Assembly (NCBI GenBank): GCA_027364825.1
Contig: DAHXOM010000283.1
Location: forward strand, 1 to 31,690
DNA length: 31,690 nucleotides
From: a bacterium
Lineage (GTDB): Bacteria; JAMCPX01
Reading direction: 5' to 3'
In this document: positions 26,124 through 31,690 of the stretch, piece after piece
How the letters are laid out: each line of letters starts with the position of its first letter
How positions within the stretch are numbered: the stretch's first letter is position 1
Translations under genes and position numbers: made by a program
The notes under the pieces: model-generated
The model's database searches: none
Told to the model about the DNA's origin: nothing
The model's input: only the letters and a program-made list of their open reading frames with translations

Positions 26124-27664
26124 GGGTTTATAACCTTCCTTAAAAGAGTTGGGATAATGTTCAAACTATCCGTGGTGTCTTTATTCAAAACAAATATGGG
26201 ATCCTCGCTATCCGATGATAATAATTTTCTCAAGGTCGGGATGACTTTGGTCCCGGCGTCTTTTCCATCCGGTGTCACGAAAACGTACGTTACCGGCAGA
26301 GTTTTTGCTCTCTTGAACTTATTGACCGCGGACAGGAACGAATCAAGGATCTCCTTTGACCCCTTATCGAACAATACGATGGCACCTACGGCACTGCTGG
26401 ACAATGCCATCCACAGCGGACCGTATTCAATCAGGGGGGGCACGGAAATAATCTCTATGCTCAGGAGTTCCGTAAGGGAAACCAGTCCGATCTCGCCGAA
26501 TACGACATCATCGCGGTTCGATACCGCAAAGGAACTATTCAGCGTAAATTTCGGCATATTGTTGATGCTGTTTATGAATGTTTTCAGGGAATTATAATTG
26601 GCGGACAGCACGATAACCCTTCCCCGGTGCGATTCCAGCTTCGTATGCTTATTGATTGAAACGACCTCGAGCAGCTTGAATATCTCTTCGTTTTCCAGGA
26701 GAGTGCCTTCCCGGTTCGTGACCTTCGGCGTTGCATGCTGTACAATTTCTATAATGCCTTTTTCAAGGAGGGCTACCAGCACCCGCAGTACATCATAATC
26801 CGGGAATGTACAGTTATCCACGATGTCTTCCACCTTGTTATAGAATTCAAGCAGGAGTAAAACCTCCTGGGTGATGGTCCTGACCTGCTTGGGCAGTTCC
26901 GAGAGTTTTTTCTTCAATTTTACCACAGCGTCGAGCGGCGGAAGGATATCTTTGTTCTTTTTCATCTCATCGATCTGTCTCATTCCCTCCATCAGCAGCG
27001 ACTCGGTCGTCGAGGTAATCCTTAGCGGGGTCAGGGCGCGGTGCGGTATAAATTCGAACTTTCCGTTTTTGATGGTAAGCAGCCGGTAAAATGCCTTAAC
27101 CCCTTCGACCTTTTCAAAGGTGGCGTTTATGATGCCGCCTTCCTGCAGGTATATAAAGCCGTTTCCCTTATCCGAGTATATGGTTATGGTTCCGTCTTTC
27201 TTGTTCATGCTGAATATCTGAAGCAGATCGATCAGGGATATCTGGGACAGGTTCCCTTCTATTTCCTTGTTTTCTTTCGACAGCTCTATGGTTTTCTGTC
27301 TCTTCTGGTAGATGCTGGATATCGTGCCGATAAGCTCGTCTATCCTGAACGGCTTTGTTATGACCTTTTCTCCCATGACACTTACGGATTTTAATTGATC
27401 GGGCGTACCCATGAATATCAATGCCAGGTTGTCCGTCTTCGGGTTCACGCTGATGATGTCCCTGAGTTTCTCCGTATCTATTATCGGAAGCTGCATGCCG
27501 AGTATGATGATGTCCGGGAGCTGCTCAATGATTATTTCGAGTGCCTTCGCTCCGTTGATGGCCGAGTAAATGCTGTAGCCCTGGGCCTTCAGTGCGTCTT
27601 TTATCAGTACTACGGACTTCTGGTCCGTGTCCGCTATAAAGATTTTTCCTTTTGTTTTTACCAT
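26120..27664 (-). CDS. Multidomain protein: pseudo-receiver, DUF4388/PATAN, winged-helix-like segment, degenerate MglA-like small GTPase fold
   Basis: Receiver PDIIILGM (Gly at the phospho-Asp position) with KPF. PATAN EGNLSQISLIDLLQIF...LLMEGMRQIDE. C-terminal VIVLSANYNSLKT...SVPPLIEYGPLWMALSSSAVGAIVLFD. Start placed at MVKTKGK (27664) after AGGA. Confidence 0.78.
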   Translation of the reverse strand: MVKTKGKIFIADTDQKSVVLIKDALKAQGYSIYSAINGAKALEIIIEQLPDIIILGMQLPIIDTEKLRDIISVNPKTDNLALIFMGTPDQLKSVSVMGEKVITKPFRIDELIGTISSIYQKRQKTIELSKENKEIEGNLSQISLIDLLQIFSMNKKDGTITIYSDKGNGFIYLQEGGIINATFEKVEGVKAFYRLLTIKNGKFEFIPHRALTPLRITSTTESLLMEGMRQIDEMKKNKDILPPLDAVVKLKKKLSELPKQVRTITQEVLLLLEFYNKVEDIVDNCTFPDYDVLRVLVALLEKGIIEIVQHATPKVTNREGTLLENEEIFKLLEVVSINKHTKLESHRGRVIVLSANYNSLKTFINSINNMPKFTLNSSFAVSNRDDVVFGEIGLVSLTELLSIEIISVPPLIEYGPLWMALSSSAVGAIVLFDKGSKEILDSFLSAVNKFKRAKTLPVTYVFVTPDGKDAGTKVIPTLRKLLSSDSEDPIFVLNKDTTDSLNIIPTLLRKVINP

Positions 27665-27668
27665 ATTC

Positions 27669-29537
27669 CTATATCTGCCTCTGCAAGAAATACTTTTCCT
27701 GAAGAACGGCCACAAGCTCTTCCACGATGATGGGATCGCTCGTATGAAAAACGGAGAACTGCTTGCTGCTTGACTCGTTTGTTATAAAACCGTATGCGTA
27801 TTCCTCATTCAGGTTAAACATAAAAAACCTGTTTCCGATATCCTCGTTGATAATCATGATGGGGGCATAAGAGATATCTATGTATTCCCCCTGCTGTTTT
27901 CTGCCCAGCAGGTACAGCTTCGTGTTCGAATTATACAATTTATATTGTTCCTTGATGAGCTTGATGTCCTTGGTTATGGCCGGTATGCCGAGGAATATAA
28001 GCCCGCGCATGAATGGCCGTGCAAGGATATCGCTGGAAAGCAGGTTAATAATGTCCATGATGCGGTCCTTGGTAATGATGAATATGGCGTTCGTAATATC
28101 GTCTCCCTTTTGATCCGAATCCTTGAATATCCTGAGAATATTGTCCGAGAATTCCATAAATCCGAGTGACTCCATGGATGTAATCTCTTTTATTTTGCCG
28201 GTGCTTGATCGTTTGGCCATATCATACGCTTTGGACAGGAGCGTCTGGGCGGTAGTTCCGTCGTTCGGATAGGTCGCAGAACCGATGATAAGCTCCACAT
28301 TCTTCGTGACCGAGCCGTTGGTCACATACAATGTCTGTTTGAGCTGGTTCTTGATCCTCCGCATGGTGATGATGGAACCGAAATAGTCGGTATCCGGAAG
28401 AAAGAGGTTCAACATGCTTGAATGCTCGGATACGGACAGTGTATCGGCGTCCCGTATGACTTCGCTGATCAGGTTCGTTATTTTCGTAAAAATCTCATCC
28501 ACATAAGACCTCCCGAACGTTTCTACAAGGTCCCTGTAGTTTTCTACGGACACGACCGCGATAGAGAACATGCCGTGTATTCTGTTGGCTCTTTTTATCT
28601 CGTTTTCCGTGTACTCGATAAAATACCGGTAGCTGTACGCAGGCAGGTTGTCCGCCCTTAACGTATCGGTAACCTTCTGGGAAAGCTTGACTGCGTTTGA
28701 AACCGCTATACCGCCGAACGTGGTCAGCGTCCTCGCGACCCTGATGTCCTGCACGGTAAAGACCTTTTCCTTCTTGATGAGCCTCAGCAATGCATACACA
28801 TGACCGTCCTGCCCCTGGACAATCAGGTACATCGCTTTTTTATTTTCCGCACTCGTTATAATGCAATAGCCGTCCTTCATGGACTCCCGGTACTTGAACA
28901 TCTTCCAGCTTATTGAAGCGGACTCGTCGTAGGGTTCGGACTCATAGCCGAAAGAATGCAGGAGTTCAAAGTTGTCGTCGTCCTTACGGAACCAGAGCAT
29001 CGCCTTTGCAAGCTTTAATTCCACGACCATTGCATCGATAAGCTTTTTAAACACATTGTCCAGGCTGGATTGGGAGAGTATATCGCTTGCTCTCTTGTAA
29101 ACCTCAAGCAATATCAGGTATTCCATCCCCTCTTTCGCAAGCTTTTCTTTCTCCATAAACAGCTTCTTCTGGGCTATAATGTTGGTTACGAGGTGGAGGA
29201 ACTTACTGTCATCAAACGGTTTCTTTATATAGGTATAATGTATCCCGTCATTCGGCATGAGGGATTTAACGGAAGCTAAGTTTATCGACGTTATTACAAG
29301 CACCTCGGGTTTATAAACAAGCTTTTTTGTTTTTTCGGCAATACTGTCCAGTCCGCCTTCGTTTTTGTTCGGCTCATAGATGATCAGATCGAATACCGAT
29401 ACGTCCGCATCCGCGAGTTCGTCGTTGTCATGTATGTATACCTCGTAACCTACCCCGGAAAGCAGATCGCGGTAGAGTTCCCGGTAAAACCTGTCTTTAT
29501 CTATGATCAGTATATTACCGTTTTTCATTGCGATCAC
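27669..29537 (-). CDS. Multidomain protein: atypical receiver, GAF, degenerate GGDEF, DICT-like C-terminal domain
   Basis: Receiver FDLIIYE (Glu at the phospho site) with KKPF; GAF ending IAVSNA; GGDEF-fold elements AYSYRYF...E.KRA, IRDAD, LPDTD, IGSATYPNDG; C-terminal FHTSDPIIVEELV. Confidence 0.8.
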   Translation of the reverse strand: MIAMKNGNILIIDKDRFYRELYRDLLSGVGYEVYIHDNDELADADVSVFDLIIYEPNKNEGGLDSIAEKTKKLVYKPEVLVITSINLASVKSLMPNDGIHYTYIKKPFDDSKFLHLVTNIIAQKKLFMEKEKLAKEGMEYLILLEVYKRASDILSQSSLDNVFKKLIDAMVVELKLAKAMLWFRKDDDNFELLHSFGYESEPYDESASISWKMFKYRESMKDGYCIITSAENKKAMYLIVQGQDGHVYALLRLIKKEKVFTVQDIRVARTLTTFGGIAVSNAVKLSQKVTDTLRADNLPAYSYRYFIEYTENEIKRANRIHGMFSIAVVSVENYRDLVETFGRSYVDEIFTKITNLISEVIRDADTLSVSEHSSMLNLFLPDTDYFGSIITMRRIKNQLKQTLYVTNGSVTKNVELIIGSATYPNDGTTAQTLLSKAYDMAKRSSTGKIKEITSMESLGFMEFSDNILRIFKDSDQKGDDITNAIFIITKDRIMDIINLLSSDILARPFMRGLIFLGIPAITKDIKLIKEQYKLYNSNTKLYLLGRKQQGEYIDISYAPIMIINEDIGNRFFMFNLNEEYAYGFITNESSSKQFSVFHTSDPIIVEELVAVLQEKYFLQRQI

Positions 29538-30040
29538 ATCTTATACTTGCCGGGATCCGTACTTGAAAATTGTTTAAGCAGCTCATCATATTTTTTCTTT
29601 TTATCCTCTGCATCGGTATCGGATATGCCGGTCGCCGCTATTATGGATTCTATCGATTTATCAAGGACGACTTTGTCCACGAATATGGAAGCCGACATCC
29701 TCAGTGCTATTGCTATAGCGTCGGAAGGCCTTGAATCTATTGTAATCTCTCTATCCATTATCTTCAGGAATAACATGGCGTAGTACGTATTGTCTTTCAA
29801 TTCCGTAATCTCGACCTTTGTCGCAGAGACGTTCAGTTCGGTTAATACGCTCTTGATAAGATCGTGGGTGTTCGGCCTCGGTGCCTTGATCCCTTCGAGC
29901 TCCATCATAATGGCGCTCGCTTCAGCAACACCGATCCAGATGGGGAGGGTATACTTGTTTTCGCTGTCGCGCAGCACGACTATCGGAGTTGAATTTACGG
30001 GATCGATCATAATACCGATTACCTTCATTTCGATAAGCAT
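29534..30040 (-). CDS. Bifunctional nuclease (DUF151/BFN domain) protein
   Basis: PIVVLRD...LPIWIGVAEA, PRPNTHDL, YYAML, IDSRPSDAIAIALR. Start placed at MLIEMKV (30040) after GGAGGA. Confidence 0.9.
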   Translation of the reverse strand: MLIEMKVIGIMIDPVNSTPIVVLRDSENKYTLPIWIGVAEASAIMMELEGIKAPRPNTHDLIKSVLTELNVSATKVEITELKDNTYYAMLFLKIMDREITIDSRPSDAIAIALRMSASIFVDKVVLDKSIESIIAATGISDTDAEDKKKKYDELLKQFSSTDPGKYKM

Positions 30041-30041
30041 A

Positions 30042-31370
30042 TCATTCCTCCTCCGGAATGTGTTTACCATACAATGCATTGTCCGAATAATCATCGATCA
30101 GTACGTCCGCAACCGTACCTTCCGGCACCGTGCCTGAAAAATTCACCAGCCTTCCATGCATCGTCCTTCCCTGCTGCCTCCCCTGCTTTTTACTGTCGCC
30201 TTCCACAAGGACCCGCTGCACTGTGCCGGCAAGGGCACGGTATATTTTTCTTGTTATTTCAAGCTGGGCATCCTGCAGCTCTTTCAGCCTCCCGGCTATT
30301 GTATGCTCCGGCACCTTGTCCCCGTATTTGTTCGCCCGTGCAAGCGGCCTGTCCGAGTATTTAAACGAAAATATGTTATCATAATTTGCGCGTCTTACAA
30401 ACATAATTGTATCGTGGTGGTCCTGATCAGTCTCCGACGGAAAGCCCGCTATGAAATCAGAGGTAACCGCAACATCGGGCTTCAATGTCCTTATCCTGTT
30501 TATTTTATCCATGTATTCTTCCACGGTATACCCTCTTGCCATCAGTTTCAATATCCTGTCGGATCCGGACTGGATGGGAAGATGTATATGCGGACAAACC
30601 TTGTCGAAATCCGTGAATGCATGCATAAGTTTGTCGGTCAGGTCCTTTGGATGCGAGGTAATGAACCGGATACGCTCCAGACCTTTTATATCGTTCAGCA
30701 TGGATAACAGCTCATACAGCGTTACCTGCTTTTCACCGGCATTATCCCTGTATGAATTTACATTCTGTCCCAGCAGGACGACCTCTTTCACCCCGGAAGC
30801 AACCAGCGTGTACACCTCGTCTATTATAGAGCGCACATTCCTGCTTACCTCCCTGCCGCGAAGATAGGGTACGGTACAGTACGAGCAGAAGTTATCGCAC
30901 CCTTCCATGATCGTGACATAGGCCTTTACCCCGTTCATGTCCTTCACCGGATTCCTGAAACGGTTCTGGTCTGTATCCGGTGCCACGGCGACAACAGGCC
31001 CGGTTGTTTTAGCCTGGCGGATAAGCTCATCGATCCTGTGGACCTGCGATGGCCCTACGACAACATCCACGCCTTTAAACCTGCCAACGAGCTTCCTGCC
31101 CTCCTGCTGTGCGACGCAACCGCTGAAAACAATAACCCTGTTCTGAGCAGTTTCTGATCTCCGTTTCTTGAGCTGCGCATACCTCCCCACACTCGAGTAG
31201 GCCTTTTGTTCTGCCTTTGCCCGCACACTACAGGTATTGACGATGACGACCTCAGCGTCCCTGGGGTTATCGGTCTGCACATACCCCCCGCCGGAAAGAA
31301 TCGACAGCATCCGTTCCGAATCATGCTCATTCATCTGGCAGCCGTACGTTTCAATATAAACCTTTTTCAT
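30042..31370 (-). CDS. miaB: tRNA-2-methylthio-N6-dimethylallyladenosine synthase (methylthiotransferase)
   Basis: ETYGCQMNEHDSE, NTCSVR, GCVAQ (UPF0004 Cys ligands), EGCDNFCSYC, RIRFITSHPKD, HLPIQSGSD, YSDRP and a C-terminal TRAM domain. Confidence 0.96.
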   Translation of the reverse strand: MKKVYIETYGCQMNEHDSERMLSILSGGGYVQTDNPRDAEVVIVNTCSVRAKAEQKAYSSVGRYAQLKKRRSETAQNRVIVFSGCVAQQEGRKLVGRFKGVDVVVGPSQVHRIDELIRQAKTTGPVVAVAPDTDQNRFRNPVKDMNGVKAYVTIMEGCDNFCSYCTVPYLRGREVSRNVRSIIDEVYTLVASGVKEVVLLGQNVNSYRDNAGEKQVTLYELLSMLNDIKGLERIRFITSHPKDLTDKLMHAFTDFDKVCPHIHLPIQSGSDRILKLMARGYTVEEYMDKINRIRTLKPDVAVTSDFIAGFPSETDQDHHDTIMFVRRANYDNIFSFKYSDRPLARANKYGDKVPEHTIAGRLKELQDAQLEITRKIYRALAGTVQRVLVEGDSKKQGRQQGRTMHGRLVNFSGTVPEGTVADVLIDDYSDNALYGKHIPEEE

Positions 31371-31379
31371 ATTTTGAAA

Positions 31380-31408
31380 ATTGTAATAGTGATATGAAAT
31401 ATTGTCAA
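31380..31408 (-). promoter_or_regulatory. Near-consensus sigma70 promoter for miaB and probably the downstream run
   Basis: Minus strand: TTGACA (31408-31403), 17 nt, TACAAT (31385-31380), only 9 nt from the ATG at 31370. Confidence 0.75.
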
Positions 31409-31426
31409 ATAGTAATGCGCATATTC

Positions 31427-31468
31427 ATTGGGTATAAACACACACAGGATTGGGGTAAAACACGCAGT
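31427..31468. repeat. Imperfect direct repeat pair with 22-bp spacing upstream of the miaB promoter
   Basis: ATTGGGTATAAACACACACAG at 31427 and ATTGGGGTAAAACACGCAG at 31449. Confidence 0.4.
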
Positions 31469-31471
31469 GTA

Positions 31472-31566
31472 CCCCGTTAGAAAATTCCGGTTGTTTCTTG
31501 CGGATACTATGCCGTTGTTAAACGCTCAGACCATGATACTCCTGAATCCACAATTTTCTAAGGGGG
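31472..31566. mobile_element. MITE-like 95-bp element, family M, copy 2 (inverted relative to copy 1)
   Basis: CCCCGTTAGAAAAT / ATTTTCTAAGGGGG termini, flanked by TA on both sides, about 91% identical to the reverse complement of 12931-13026. Confidence 0.72.
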
Positions 31567-31690
31567 TATGTCCCATAATGTACCGCGATATCTTGCTCAT
31601 TTACAACATAATCAAATGTTGACGATTCTGGTATGAATTTTGCTTTTTTTCTGCTATTCTTTAAATATAATCTCAAGGATAAGAGGAAAG

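Noticed and set aside
1464-31397. Many 60-225 aa ORFs overlapping the main genes, for example 1631-2167, 10125-10739, 17141-17818, 24485-25018, 25566-26099, 30156-30707
   Set aside because: They are antisense or alternate-frame shadows of well-supported genes and show no recognisable motifs.
31640-31690. Divergent plus-strand promoter and SD at the right edge
   Set aside because: TATAAT (31666-31671) and AGAGGA are present, but there is no -35 at a proper spacing and the gene lies outside the window, so it was not called.

Overview
Bacterial chromosomal window; the gene content and signalling domains look deltaproteobacterial (inference). No rRNA, tRNA, CRISPR array or transposase is recognisable. 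Three blocks are present. (1) 1-6563, minus strand: a MidA/NDUFAF7-type methyltransferase cut by the window edge, a cytoplasmic 4xPAS hybrid histidine kinase, a radical SAM protein and pncA. (2) 6697-14019, plus strand: ECF sigma, zinc-binding anti-sigma, Spy/CnrX-like protein, a TolC-MacA-split MacB ABC exporter, then a family IV esterase. (3) 14232-31370, minus strand: a tightly coupled 11-gene run from miaB through DUF151 nuclease, two degenerate signalling proteins, PHP, zinc-ribbon-TPR, smc, Roadblock-like protein, ftsY, GDPD and a Na/Pi transporter, followed by a separately promoted membrane protein. The best leads are a set of catalytically degenerate polarity-type signalling proteins inside the miaB-smc-ftsY run, two families of dispersed inverted-repeat elements (two copies each, one with compensatory base changes), and an smc gene with no canonical start codon. 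All domain calls are by eye from motifs; no searches were run.
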